Source: Candidatus Uhrbacteria bacterium
Lineage (GTDB): Bacteria > Patescibacteriota > Patescibacteriia > UBA9934 > GWF2-40-263
Length of the DNA: 64,000 nt
Assembly (NCBI GenBank): GCA_016188475.1
Contig: JACPHT010000001.1
Location: 138-64,137 of the forward strand
Direction of reading: 5' to 3'
In this document: one piece after another, positions 41,883 to 51,189 of the stretch
How the letters are laid out: each line of letters opens with the position of its first letter
How positions within the stretch are numbered: position 1 is the first letter of the stretch
The notes under the pieces: generated by a model
Databases searched by the model: none
Told to the model about the DNA's origin: nothing
What the model saw: the letters and a program-made list of their open reading frames with translations, nothing else
Translations under genes and position numbers: made by a program

Positions 41883-42065
41883 TTATCCTTCTCTTGCTTC
41901 TCTTTCTGCTTCGATTTTTTCCAATATCTCTCGTACTTTTTCAGGAGACGCACCAAGCTCTTCGAAGAATCTTACTTGGTCCGATGGAGGAATGGCCATT
42001 AATTTATCCAGGGCATCTTTGGCCTCAGACTCTTGAACTTCATGCTCTCGTGGTTGTTCTCTCAT
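41883..42065 (-). CDS. Cassette: 60-aa acidic hypothetical protein
   Basis: ORF fills cassette body 41865-42132. Confidence 0.7.
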   Translation of the reverse strand: MREQPREHEVQESEAKDALDKLMAIPPSDQVRFFEELGASPEKVREILEKIEAEREAREG

Positions 42066-42125
42066 ATGTTTAACTTGTTACTGATAAATAGCTAATGTTT
42101 AAATAATAGGATAAGACCAAATTTC

Positions 42126-42194
42126 GTGCAACGTTCGCGTATGATCCGACGTGATCGACCAGAGGGAGATCATGTTGGATATACGCTGTTAAGC
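42126..42194 (-). other. attC-like site (69 bp)
   Basis: GTGCAAC-gttc-GCGTATgATCC...GGATATACGC-t-GTTAAGC with a bulged G. Confidence 0.8.
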
Positions 42195-42211
42195 GCCGTA
42201 CTCATTAACAA

Positions 42212-42448
42212 TTACATCGAAGAAAACGGGTCTCCGCATTGAGGACACCTGTCTGAGTTAACTAATCCGTAACTGGTTTTGCAATTTGCGCAATATACAT
42301 TTGCTGCACTTGTACGTCCGTTGGGATCTGGAACCATGGGCACTTTGCATTGAGAGCAAAGCAACTCATTACTGCCAGCGACGGCGGCAATATCAACTGT
42401 ACTATTGCATTGTGGACATTTGTACCCAAAAAATGAACCTGTTTGCAT
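42212..42448 (-). CDS. Cassette gene 2: zinc-ribbon protein
   Basis: Four CxxC pairs in 78 aa. Confidence 0.75.
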   Translation of the reverse strand: MQTGSFFGYKCPQCNSTVDIAAVAGSNELLCSQCKVPMVPDPNGRTSAANVYCANCKTSYGLVNSDRCPQCGDPFSSM

Positions 42449-42466
42449 ATTTTTTCTTATTAAGAA

Positions 42467-42982
42467 TTAGGAACCTATATAAGTTGCAGTGATGTTTCCT
42501 TCTCCCTCGGCTGTGGATTTTGTGCCAGGTTTGAAAAATGTAGGCTTGGTTGTTTTGATGCCAGTTACATTACCTTTGCCTCTAGCAGTGTGTTCGCCGT
42601 CGATGGTAGTAATGAGAGAATTTAAACTTTTGTTCAAATTCTGGGTGGCCCACTCTTCATGCTCTTTTTTCCATTGTTTTAGTTGATCTACAGAGAAATC
42701 AATGCCATTATTTTTGTCGATCATATCAGCACAATTTGAACAAAGAAAAATACCATTATTTGTAGATTTTCTCTGTTCTGATGTTAAGTTTGAGTCATAT
42801 CTTGGGCCACCCTCTGCCGCAGCGGTTATATGGGCTGCTTTGCCTATGTATATAAATTTGTCCTCATTTTCTGCTGATGGGCAAAGTGTCAAATTTTTGC
42901 AATCAGGATTTGAGCAGATATAGGAGGCCCGTTTTCCTATTGCTTCAACTGTATTTTTATCAAATTCGTCTCGAGTTGACAT
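42467..42982 (-). CDS. Cassette gene 1: HNH-endonuclease-like zinc domain protein
   Basis: CSNPDC...AAHITAA..GGPRY...NGIFLCSNC..MID. Confidence 0.8.
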   Translation of the reverse strand: MSTRDEFDKNTVEAIGKRASYICSNPDCKNLTLCPSAENEDKFIYIGKAAHITAAAEGGPRYDSNLTSEQRKSTNNGIFLCSNCADMIDKNNGIDFSVDQLKQWKKEHEEWATQNLNKSLNSLITTIDGEHTARGKGNVTGIKTTKPTFFKPGTKSTAEGEGNITATYIGS

Positions 42983-43014
42983 AATTTTGTATGTTAATGG
43001 GTATGGCGCTTAAC

Positions 43015-43179
43015 GGCCGGCGGCTGATCCGAAGTAAAAAGACACCTGACGTTTTTATGTTACAGGTGTCTTTTTATTTTGGATAGCCGTCTGTTGTGCG
43101 ACGTCGCTTTGCGACGGAGCGCAACAGAGGCGAAGCCGCCGGCCGTTATGCCGATAGAGCAAAGCGATGTCGGCATAAC
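43015..43179 (-). repeat. ORF-less mini-cassette, copy 2 (full 165 bp)
   Basis: Direct sequence match; 2 substitutions relative to consensus. Confidence 0.92.
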
Positions 43180-43292
43180 GTCCCGCACTTTGCGATGTTT
43201 TGGCCTGTTATAATTTAGCACGAAGTGCTTGAACAGGCCAAAATATGGGCGTAGCGACTGAAAGGAGCGGAGCCGCAAAGTGCGTGTTAAGT
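43173..43292 (-). other. attC-like site (120 bp, branched subfamily)
   Basis: GCATAAC...CGCACTTTGCG...CGCAAAGTGCG-t-GTTAAGT. Confidence 0.8.
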
Positions 43293-43307
43293 GATGTTTT
43301 TATTTTT

Positions 43308-43931
43308 TCAAAGTATGCCAATTGGGCCGATTATTCTAAAGCCCTTCCGAATTGTTTCTTCGGTGTTGATTTCCCAGCACAGTGTCCCATTATAATCCAA
43401 GAATGAAACACCTAAAATTGCGTTATTTCGGGAGGGCGTTTTACTTGCTTTTTCTTGTATAGAATCAAAAATCTTCTTGGTCTTTCCCTTCATATTTTGA
43501 GGAAATTGTACCGGTTTTCTTTGTAGTTCATATGTGACTAAAAATTGCACAAATTTTTTCCAATTTGCTCGTTCACTTAGGAGTGCTCTACTAATGTTTA
43601 GTTCATCGCAGAGATTTTCAATGTTCGTTTTGAGCAAATGAAGGGAAAGACCTTCAATTACGGCGTCATTAATCCAAGTTCCTTCATTTGGATTTTTGTT
43701 ATGAGCGATCACCGCATCTGTTAAAAGTTCCAAAATTCTGAAAGCCGTAATTGAACCGGAGATTTTTGTGTGCAAGGCCCAATTGGCATACAAATTTAAG
43801 TATGGATATTTAGACTGGAAGCCTTTCTCTTCAATGATGTGCCGAAAGGCTGTCATTATTCGGAGGATATCATTTTTACTCCAATTACTATGCGAGAGTA
43901 ATTCTGTGATGTTTTTGATGTGATCTTCCAT
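43308..43931 (-). CDS. Cassette: 207-aa hypothetical protein
   Basis: ORF fills cassette body 43286-43964. Confidence 0.75.
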   Translation of the reverse strand: MEDHIKNITELLSHSNWSKNDILRIMTAFRHIIEEKGFQSKYPYLNLYANWALHTKISGSITAFRILELLTDAVIAHNKNPNEGTWINDAVIEGLSLHLLKTNIENLCDELNISRALLSERANWKKFVQFLVTYELQRKPVQFPQNMKGKTKKIFDSIQEKASKTPSRNNAILGVSFLDYNGTLCWEINTEETIRKGFRIIGPIGIL

Positions 43932-43957
43932 ACTTAAATTTGAAAAATAAAAATTTC

Positions 43958-44029
43958 ACTTAACGTTTCGCGATATCCGACGTTTCGTAGAAATGTGGCT
44001 TTAGCCTTTACGGATATCGCGTGTTAGGC
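43958..44029 (-). other. attC-like site (72 bp)
   Basis: ACTTAAC-gttt-CGCGATATCCG...CGGATATCGCG-t-GTTAGGC. Confidence 0.8.
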
Positions 44030-44064
44030 GAGGCTTCAGCTCTTGAGTTTGAATTTAAACTTTT

Positions 44065-44460
44065 TTAATATTTATCCTTAATGTATTTAAGAACTTCTAT
44101 ATCGTGGTCAATAATCTTTAGCTTGTTTATCTCGGAAAGATGAAACCAACCAAAATTTTGTCCTTCGCCTAAAGTAATTATTTTACTCGGATCAAATTCT
44201 TCCACAAAAACATGTTTTTCATTGGTTTCATCTTTCGACAAAAAATCTTGCTTCATTATCATCTTAGGGTTTTTGAGTGTGTAATTCAGCTCTTCAAGTG
44301 TTTCTCGCTTCACAGCCTGTTCTGGAGTTTCACCAGCTTCAATACCGCCACCGAAAAAAGCCCAATATCCAGGCAACCTTTCAGCATCTTCAGCACGATG
44401 TTGAAGTAAGATTTTTTTGTCTTGGTCGTATAAAATTATAATAGCTACGTTTCTCGCCAT
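44065..44460 (-). CDS. Cassette: NUDIX hydrolase
   Basis: GGGIEAGETPEQAVKRETLEEL. Confidence 0.9.
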   Translation of the reverse strand: MARNVAIIILYDQDKKILLQHRAEDAERLPGYWAFFGGGIEAGETPEQAVKRETLEELNYTLKNPKMIMKQDFLSKDETNEKHVFVEEFDPSKIITLGEGQNFGWFHLSEINKLKIIDHDIEVLKYIKDKY

Positions 44461-44525
44461 ATAGAAGTTCTTAAATGTTAAAATAAAGAAATATTAAAAA
44501 AGTTTAAATTCAAATTTCGCCTAAC

Positions 44526-44690
44526 GGCCGGCGGCTGATCCGAAGTAAAAAGACACCTGACGTTTTTATGTTACAGGTGTCTTTTTATTTTGGATAGCCG
44601 CCTGTTGTGCGACGTCGCTTTGCAACGGAGCACAACAGAGGCGAAGCCGCCGGCCGTTATGCCGACAGAGCAAAGCGATGTCGGCATAAC
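44526..44690 (-). repeat. ORF-less mini-cassette, copy 3 (full 165 bp)
   Basis: Direct sequence match. Confidence 0.92.
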
Positions 44691-44882
44691 GTTCGTGTGT
44701 ATCTGAAGTTTTCATTCCGCTTCAATGGAATAAACTTTGATTATTAGATACACGCTTTTTAATAGAACCCCACCCAAATCCTCATCAAAACTAAGGGATG
44801 AAAATTTGGGCGGAGGAAAATTGGCACTCCTTAAGGATTTAATTAACGCCAATTTTCCATAGCCAGATACACGCTGTTATAC
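44684..44882 (-). other. Long attC-like site (199 bp)
   Basis: GCATAAC-gttc-GTGTGTATCTG...CAGATACACGC-t-GTTATAC. Confidence 0.75.
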
Positions 44883-44921
44883 GCTGTAATAAAAAGCCGA
44901 TTCGTTATTGATTTTGGCAAT

Positions 44922-45164
44922 TTATTTTTCTGTTTTGGAACCAAGAAATTTTCCCTCCACTACAACATCTTGTAATGCATTGAATAATTGAAGAACGCCG
45001 TTGCGGTGTTCCTCATTAACTTGAGGAAGTATTTCTTGAGTTAAACGAGCAAGACCTTCTGTAACTTTCCCTTTTGCATATTCTGGTAATGCTTTCATAT
45101 TGGGAGTCAATTCTACTGATAGCGAGGCTTTTGCGCCAACCTCTGGCCTGAATGTTTCTGTCAT
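44922..45164 (-). CDS. Cassette: 80-aa hypothetical protein
   Basis: ORF within cassette body 44876-45281. Confidence 0.7.
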   Translation of the reverse strand: MTETFRPEVGAKASLSVELTPNMKALPEYAKGKVTEGLARLTQEILPQVNEEHRNGVLQLFNALQDVVVEGKFLGSKTEK

Positions 45165-45281
45165 ATTTTTTTAAGTTAATTATTACTTTGATTATACTAT
45201 GAGTTATACTCGACCGCTTCAAATAAATTGCCAAAATCAATATTCAAATTTCACAATCGGCTTTTTATTATGGCGTATAAC

Positions 45282-45446
45282 GGCCGGCGGCTGATCCGAA
45301 GTAAAAAGACACCTGACGTTTTTATGTTACAGGTGTCTTTTTATTTTGGATAGCCGCCGGTTGTGCGACGTCGCTTTGCGACGGAGCGCAACAGAGGCGA
45401 AGCCGCCGGCCGTTATGCCGACAGAGCAAAGCGATGTCGGCATAAC
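45282..45446 (-). repeat. ORF-less mini-cassette, copy 4 (full 165 bp)
   Basis: Direct sequence match. Confidence 0.92.
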
Positions 45447-45566
45447 GTTCCTGCGTATGCGATGTTTGCCAGTGGTATAATTGCACGAAGTGCTTACCAC
45501 TGGCAAATATGGGTGGAGGCTTGCGGAGGTACGAAGCAAGCCGTAACCGCATACGCAGTGTTATAT
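45440..45566 (-). other. attC-like site (127 bp, branched subfamily)
   Basis: GCATAAC-gttc-CTGCGTATGCG...CGCATACGCAG-t-GTTATAT. Confidence 0.8.
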
Positions 45567-45689
45567 GATGTACATGTTTTCCTTTAATTTCTGAAAGAAA
45601 TTGCTCTTATAAAAGAATCCGGTTTTGTTTTTCCGTTTGGGGCGAAGGGCAGAGGGGATTAAGGGGTGAATGCCCGAGCCCCAAACACT

Positions 45690-46298
45690 TTAATCTTCTT
45701 CACCCTCAATTCTTTTTCTGCGCTCATCTAGCGTTTCGCCTTCATACATCCAATAAGCTGTTCCTTGAATTCCGTAATCATAACCGAGAATTTTTTGTGC
45801 AGAAGAAGAAAGACTTGTAACTTTGCCATTAAAATTGATGGATTTATTATCAACCACATTTGCCTTAATGTTTTCATCGCGACTAAAAATTAATTCTGCA
45901 CCAACCGGAATGTTGACCATCTTAAAATTAAACTTAGCTCGCATTTCTGCACGTGCTTGATTTAGGGCATGCTGATCTTCTTTTGATTCCACGAAGTCTT
46001 TTTTAGGCGTAATATCTTCAATCTCTGCCAATTTAAGTGCAGAAACTACACGTTCTGGAGAGATTTGAAAAAATTCTCGTCTTGGATTTGTTCGGTTATT
46101 GTCAAATGCATCATGTAGCTGATGTTCAACAAAGGCTGCGTCTTTTACGGTACATGCGTAGAAACAAGTAAAAGGAAGTGGAACGCTCGTGGAAGCGCTA
46201 AGCTCTCTAATCCTTTGCTCAAGGCTTGTTGAAGTTTTGCCAATTTTTACATATCCAGGCATGGCTTCATTGATGAGAATGTAGATGATTTCAATCAT
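45690..46298 (-). CDS. Cassette gene 2: T5orf172/GIY-YIG-family protein
   Basis: IYILINEAMPGYVKIGKT...RI.EL...TSVPLPF...E..LH...REFF; ATGA-coupled to the upstream gene. Confidence 0.85.
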   Translation of the reverse strand: MIEIIYILINEAMPGYVKIGKTSTSLEQRIRELSASTSVPLPFTCFYACTVKDAAFVEHQLHDAFDNNRTNPRREFFQISPERVVSALKLAEIEDITPKKDFVESKEDQHALNQARAEMRAKFNFKMVNIPVGAELIFSRDENIKANVVDNKSINFNGKVTSLSSSAQKILGYDYGIQGTAYWMYEGETLDERRKRIEGEED

Positions 46299-48013
46299 AA
46301 TTTTATAGATTTATTTGGTGCTAAAAGTTCCTTAATTTTTGAAATTAAAGGTTTGAAATTCCCAAAAGTATCCGAGCTGGTTTCAGCTTGAACTTTATTT
46401 AAAAATTTGCCTTTATCGAAAGTGGTGATTGACGTAGTTGCACTATATGAGCCAGGTCTTACTTCCGTAGAGTAAACGTCATCTGTGAATAAGGTATCGG
46501 GGTATAGATTTTCAATGCCAACAGCTTTTCCATCTTTATCTTTAGCCTTTGTATTTGCAGAATTTTCCGCAAAGCAAAACTTTTTAAAGCTTTCTGTTTC
46601 TGTAATGCTGTTTATCATGGAGGCGCAGTCACAATCCCAAACAAAAAGGAACTTTCCGCTAAAATCACCGGACGACATTACGTCAAAAGCGTTTTTCAAC
46701 TGTTGCCCGCGCTTATCTGGCGAACCTTCTATAATTTTAATTTGACTAAGTAAAGTGTTGTCGAGGATTTCAAAAGCTTTTTTAATATGCTCTGTATTAT
46801 TTCCCTCCGTAACAATTTGTAAACTTTTCGTGCCATCAATCTCTTTTTGTATTTTTAAACCCTTTTCAAAGGTTATGATCCCCTCGCTTAAAAGGTTAAT
46901 AGCGTCTCCCTGTGATATTTTTCTGATTTTTTCATTTTTTTTGCCCTTCTGTATCTCAAATAGTGATTCTTCATATGCTAATGCGACCGTGGTCGGAGAA
47001 TGGGTAGCAAGAATAACCTTACAGCCGTTTTTTATGAACACATTTTGAATCACATCCAATAAATCTTGAATCATGGATGGATGAAGTGATGCATCTACTT
47101 CATCAAGAAGTAACAATGCAGGAAATTCTGATTTGTTATCTTGATAAACTGTAATAGCCAGTGCGCACAATATCTTTTCACCCGATGACAAGTCTTCAAA
47201 ATCAATTTCTTCATCATCTATGGAGAGTTTTACTTGAAATGATACAGCTTGACTATTTATCAGATCTCCAGCTGTAAATTCTGGATGTGAAATAGTATGA
47301 AGTAGCCCAAACTCTTTAAACATGCTGTTTACAAAATTCCATGGAGATTGTTCTTCTATTTTTTTGATTTGGCTATCGTTTAATCCTTCTCCGCCGTCGC
47401 TTTCTCTTAATTTTGCCACGGTTAGTTTTTTTTGATAATCAAGAAAAACTTCGCTTAAACTTTCTAGAAGCTCGTACTCATCTGGGCTGTAGTTTGAAAA
47501 TTTAAAAAATTCTGCCTGTGTGATTTCCGAAGCGTATTTAACAGACTCGAATACGCCCGTTTTTAAAAGCTTCTTAATTTTGGGATTATCTTTTGTATGC
47601 TTATTTATAAAGGTTAGAATATCCTTTTTTTGTTCAGCGTATTTTTGTTTTTGTGCTTTTGGCACTTCAAAATCATAGGGGTACTCCTTTTCGCCCACGA
47701 ATGTTTTAATTTGATTGTCGTAATTTTGGAATTGTTGCCTTTGAGAATTTAAGATATTCCACGCTTGCATTTTTTCATCATCAAGATTCCGTGGGGCAAT
47801 TTTAGCCTGGTTCTTTATGAGAAATGTTTGTAGGTTAAAGTACGAAATCCTTTCTTTTTGTATGTTGTCAGCTGAAACAAAGCCCTCTTGCATCGCCTTG
47901 AGCAAGTGAGTTTTTCCAGCGCCGTTTACACCTAGAAATATCGAAAAGTCCTTAATATCAATTTCACTAAAGTTGGCGATTGATTTATGTTTTTGATTGA
48001 ATTTAATATTCAT
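46295..48013 (-). CDS. Cassette gene 1: ABC-type ATPase with C-terminal TOPRIM-like domain (OLD-like)
   Basis: Walker A GVNGAGKT, signature LSSGEK, Walker B LLLDEVD..LHP, ATHSP; IVTEG and WDCD TOPRIM-like motifs. Confidence 0.85.
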   Translation of the reverse strand: MNIKFNQKHKSIANFSEIDIKDFSIFLGVNGAGKTHLLKAMQEGFVSADNIQKERISYFNLQTFLIKNQAKIAPRNLDDEKMQAWNILNSQRQQFQNYDNQIKTFVGEKEYPYDFEVPKAQKQKYAEQKKDILTFINKHTKDNPKIKKLLKTGVFESVKYASEITQAEFFKFSNYSPDEYELLESLSEVFLDYQKKLTVAKLRESDGGEGLNDSQIKKIEEQSPWNFVNSMFKEFGLLHTISHPEFTAGDLINSQAVSFQVKLSIDDEEIDFEDLSSGEKILCALAITVYQDNKSEFPALLLLDEVDASLHPSMIQDLLDVIQNVFIKNGCKVILATHSPTTVALAYEESLFEIQKGKKNEKIRKISQGDAINLLSEGIITFEKGLKIQKEIDGTKSLQIVTEGNNTEHIKKAFEILDNTLLSQIKIIEGSPDKRGQQLKNAFDVMSSGDFSGKFLFVWDCDCASMINSITETESFKKFCFAENSANTKAKDKDGKAVGIENLYPDTLFTDDVYSTEVRPGSYSATTSITTFDKGKFLNKVQAETSSDTFGNFKPLISKIKELLAPNKSIKL

Positions 48014-48199
48014 AGTTTACTTCAAGTGTGGAAATCACAAATTGGCGTTATTTTACTCCGTTTCCTCCTATAAATAAATCGTTTTCGGAGCGGAGCGTAG
48101 AAAACTCCTTATTTCCCCTCTATAAAAAAAGAAAAACAAAACCGGATTCTTTTTAAGAGCTTGGCGAAGCCAAAAAGGAAAACATGTATTTCATATAAC

Positions 48200-48344
48200 G
48201 GCTGGCGGCTGATCCGAAGTAAAAAGACACCTGACGTTTTTATGTTACAGGTGTCTTTTTATTTTGGATAGCCGCCTGTTGTGCGACGTCGCTTTGCGAC
48301 GGAGCGCAACAGAGGCGAAGCCGCCGGCCGTTATGCCGACAGAG
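48200..48344 (-). repeat. ORF-less mini-cassette, copy 5 (truncated, fused to a partial attC-like site ending 48430)
   Basis: Matches the unit up to ...GCCGACAGAG. Confidence 0.9.
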
Positions 48345-48481
48345 GCGGAACAAAAATTTGGGAGAAGGAATTTTTCTTACCTTGAATTATAAATGTGAAA
48401 AATTCCTGAACCGGATATGCCGTGTTGTGCGATGTCCGCATTTGCCCGCCCTTGTTAGTTGGAAATGGATGCCCCGAAATC

Positions 48482-49060
48482 TTATTGCAAAATCTTTTCC
48501 AATAGTTCAGGAAACTCCTCGGTTTTCATATCGCCCAAGCAGTAATGACCTCGCCCTTTTAGCTCGACAATCTCGCCACCAAGCACCTCATGAAAAATTT
48601 TTAAACTTTTTTTACCGTCTTCCTCCTCGTCGTCCGCAGTGAACATAACTATTTGATTTATCCTATCCTTGATAGACGAGTCAATCTGATATGTATAGAA
48701 ATTTACATCGGTACCACTTCTTTTTTCTTGCGGAATTTTCCAAGGCGCGACTAAAAAAAGTTTAAAAATTTTGGTCTTAGTCTCACTAAGCCAGCGAACC
48801 AAGAAGGCGCAACCGCAACTATGTCCAACTAAAATTGTGTTTTCATCAACAGTATATTTTTCAAATTCAGCCTTAAATTTTTCATAATCAGGTTGCCAAG
48901 GCGAGGGCATGAGAGGAGTTTCCGTTTCAATATTTTTTGCAATAAGATTTCTTTTTAACCACGGAATCCAGTGCTTGTCATAAGTCCTTGTTTCAGGATT
49001 CATCGCTTTTTCAGCATCAGAGGGGCATCCATGGATTATGATACATCTATTCTTTGTCAT
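48482..49060 (-). CDS. Cassette: RBBP9/YdeN-family alpha/beta hydrolase
   Basis: IIIHG, WIPWL, ILVGHSCG, LVAP, GRGH. Confidence 0.88.
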   Translation of the reverse strand: MTKNRCIIIHGCPSDAEKAMNPETRTYDKHWIPWLKRNLIAKNIETETPLMPSPWQPDYEKFKAEFEKYTVDENTILVGHSCGCAFLVRWLSETKTKIFKLFLVAPWKIPQEKRSGTDVNFYTYQIDSSIKDRINQIVMFTADDEEEDGKKSLKIFHEVLGGEIVELKGRGHYCLGDMKTEEFPELLEKILQ

Positions 49061-49103
49061 ATGGTTGAATGTTATTTTTAGCACTAGGGCAAATGCGGAT
49101 TTC

Positions 49104-49303
49104 GCACAACGTATCCAAATATCTGAAGTTTCGCACTTTGGTTTTAAGGCTAAAATCTTTGATATCCAGACTATTTTGTTAGTTTAATTATACTATACAT
49201 TATCACAAAACGGAAAAGTGCGAAATTTGGGTCGAGAAAATTTTTCACTCTTTATTATTTCTAATAAATGAAAAATTTTGGAGCCAGATATTTGGTGTTC
49301 AAC
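49104..49303 (-). other. Long attC-like site (200 bp)
   Basis: GCACAAC-gtat-CCAAATATCTG...CAGATATTTGG-t-GTTCAAC. Confidence 0.75.
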
Positions 49304-49325
49304 GATGTTGCGAGGATTTTCGTTT

Positions 49326-49547
49326 TTATTTCTCAGAATGTTTTAATTTAATCAAATCATATATTGCAGAAACGGTAAAAATAATTTGCAAAATAATAAA
49401 TATTAAATCGCTTAGGTAAATACTGTATATTTCCAGGCATACTCCGCCAACAATATACATCAAGTCCTGCGTACGACGATTTTTATTTATAATGCCAGCG
49501 GATATTAATAATAATCCGACCGCGCCTATCATCTTAAAAATTGACAT
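49326..49547 (-). CDS. Cassette: small 3-TM membrane protein
   Basis: Hydrophobic ~73-aa ORF in cassette body 49297-49602. Confidence 0.72.
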   Translation of the reverse strand: MSIFKMIGAVGLLLISAGIINKNRRTQDLMYIVGGVCLEIYSIYLSDLIFIILQIIFTVSAIYDLIKLKHSEK

Positions 49548-49595
49548 ATTATTTTGCAAATTATTTTGTTTTCAGGAAAAAATCCTCGCAATTTC

Positions 49596-49695
49596 GTTGA
49601 ACGTTCACCGATAAGCGAAGTTTTATTGAGCAAAGCGAAATAAAATTTGCGAAAAACTCGGGCTGAGAGTTTTTCCGCTTATCGCGTTGTTATAC
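49596..49695 (-). other. attC-like site (100 bp)
   Basis: GTTGAAC...CGATAAGCG...CGCTTATCG...GTTATAC. Confidence 0.75.
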
Positions 49696-49758
49696 GCCCC
49701 GAGCGAAACGAAGTGTAGCGAGAGCGCAGCGTGGTGCGGAGCGTAGCGGAGCAAGTTG

Positions 49759-50262
49759 CTAATTTGCCCGTTTCATCTGCTGGACTTTTTTTAAAAACAC
49801 AATATCTCTTTGCTGAATAAAAGAACCCTCATAATTTGTTGGTTTATCGTTTTCAACTTTGGAAATTGCTTCATCTAATGGCAACCAAACGAGTTTAAAG
49901 TTTTGGCTTAATTCCTCTTCCGTGAAAGCAGGCGACCCTTTTGATGTTATTTTGCCTATATAACAATAGGATATTTGTTTCAAATTGAAATTTGAACGAT
50001 ATTCAATAATTTCCCCAACTTCACCAGTGACTTTAATTTCACTCCCGACTTCTTCCATAACTTCGCGGACCAGAGCTGCGGCCTTATTTTCGCCATCGTC
50101 GATTCCGCCGCCAGGTAATTTGTGATAGTTATAATTTGAAACAAATAGAAGAGGAATTAAGCCATTCTCGTCAAAAAGCACAGCTCTTGATGCTTCTCTA
50201 ATTTCCAAAGTTGATTCATCTTTAGGCCACTCTTTGTCTTTTATCTCGTGTAATAGTTCCAT
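49759..50262 (-). CDS. Cassette: NUDIX hydrolase
   Basis: LPGGGIDDGENKAAALVREVMEEVG. Confidence 0.9.
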   Translation of the reverse strand: MELLHEIKDKEWPKDESTLEIREASRAVLFDENGLIPLLFVSNYNYHKLPGGGIDDGENKAAALVREVMEEVGSEIKVTGEVGEIIEYRSNFNLKQISYCYIGKITSKGSPAFTEEELSQNFKLVWLPLDEAISKVENDKPTNYEGSFIQQRDIVFLKKVQQMKRAN

Positions 50263-50330
50263 AGTAAATTATGAGGGTTCTTTATTTTTATAAATGTATC
50301 GGCAAGGGCAAATTAGCAATTGCGTATAAC

Positions 50331-50468
50331 GGCCGGCGGCTGATCCGAAGTAAAAAGACACCTGACGTTTTTATGTTACAGGTGTCTTTTTATTTTGGAT
50401 AGCCGCCTGTTGTGCGACGTCGCTTTGCGACGGAGCGCAACAGAGGCGAAGCCGCCGGCCGTTATGCC
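50331..50468 (-). repeat. ORF-less mini-cassette, copy 6 (truncated, fused to a partial attC-like site ending 50514)
   Basis: Matches the unit up to ...GTTATGCC. Confidence 0.9.
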
Positions 50469-50549
50469 ATTACCGCCTAAGCGAGAGAAGGATGGCGTAT
50501 ACGCGCTGTTGTACGATTGCAGAACACCAACTTGAATTATGTAATCTTG

Positions 50550-51158
50550 CTAAATAGTAGTATGGACAAAGTCGTAAAATTGAGAAAAGTCTTTGACGAC
50601 AATAGACGGATTGCCGTTAATTAAATTTTGTTCATTTTGGTAACCACCAAGAATTCCAACAATTATTTTCACACCAACCTTCTTAGCTTCAGCAATATCT
50701 CCGGCTGTGTCGGTAATAAAAGTAACATTATTGGGTTCCAGAGCATATTTTTCAAATAGCATCTTAAATTTTTCTACCTTGCTTGTATGAACCTCATTGC
50801 CAAGAATCTTTTGAAAACAGGATAGTATGCCATGGCTCTGAAGATAGTCTTGAATGATATCACTTCGAGTACTTGAAATAATAAATAGTTGGAACTCTTG
50901 TGATAATTTTTGAATAAAGTCTTTCTTTTTTGAATCAATACCTAAATGTTTGAAACGGTCCCCGTACTCTCTAAAAAAGTCTATTTTTTTTACGACTTTG
51001 TCCTCGTATTTTACTTCATTAATATTACCATTGAAGGCATTTTGATATCGCTCCAAAGTTAAAGTTGGCCTTGAGAGCTTATTCACTTCAAAAGCTATGT
51101 CAAAACTATCAGCGATTACTCCATCAAAGTCGAAGATAATAGTAGGCTTATGATCCAT
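50550..51158 (-). CDS. Cassette: HAD-family hydrolase
   Basis: IFDFDGVIADS motif I, IISS, K, ITDTAGD. Start trimmed to lie inside the cassette. Confidence 0.9.
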   Translation of the reverse strand: MDHKPTIIFDFDGVIADSFDIAFEVNKLSRPTLTLERYQNAFNGNINEVKYEDKVVKKIDFFREYGDRFKHLGIDSKKKDFIQKLSQEFQLFIISSTRSDIIQDYLQSHGILSCFQKILGNEVHTSKVEKFKMLFEKYALEPNNVTFITDTAGDIAEAKKVGVKIIVGILGGYQNEQNLINGNPSIVVKDFSQFYDFVHTTI

Positions 51159-51189
51159 AGATCTTAAATAAAAGGGTGTTCTGCTTTTC

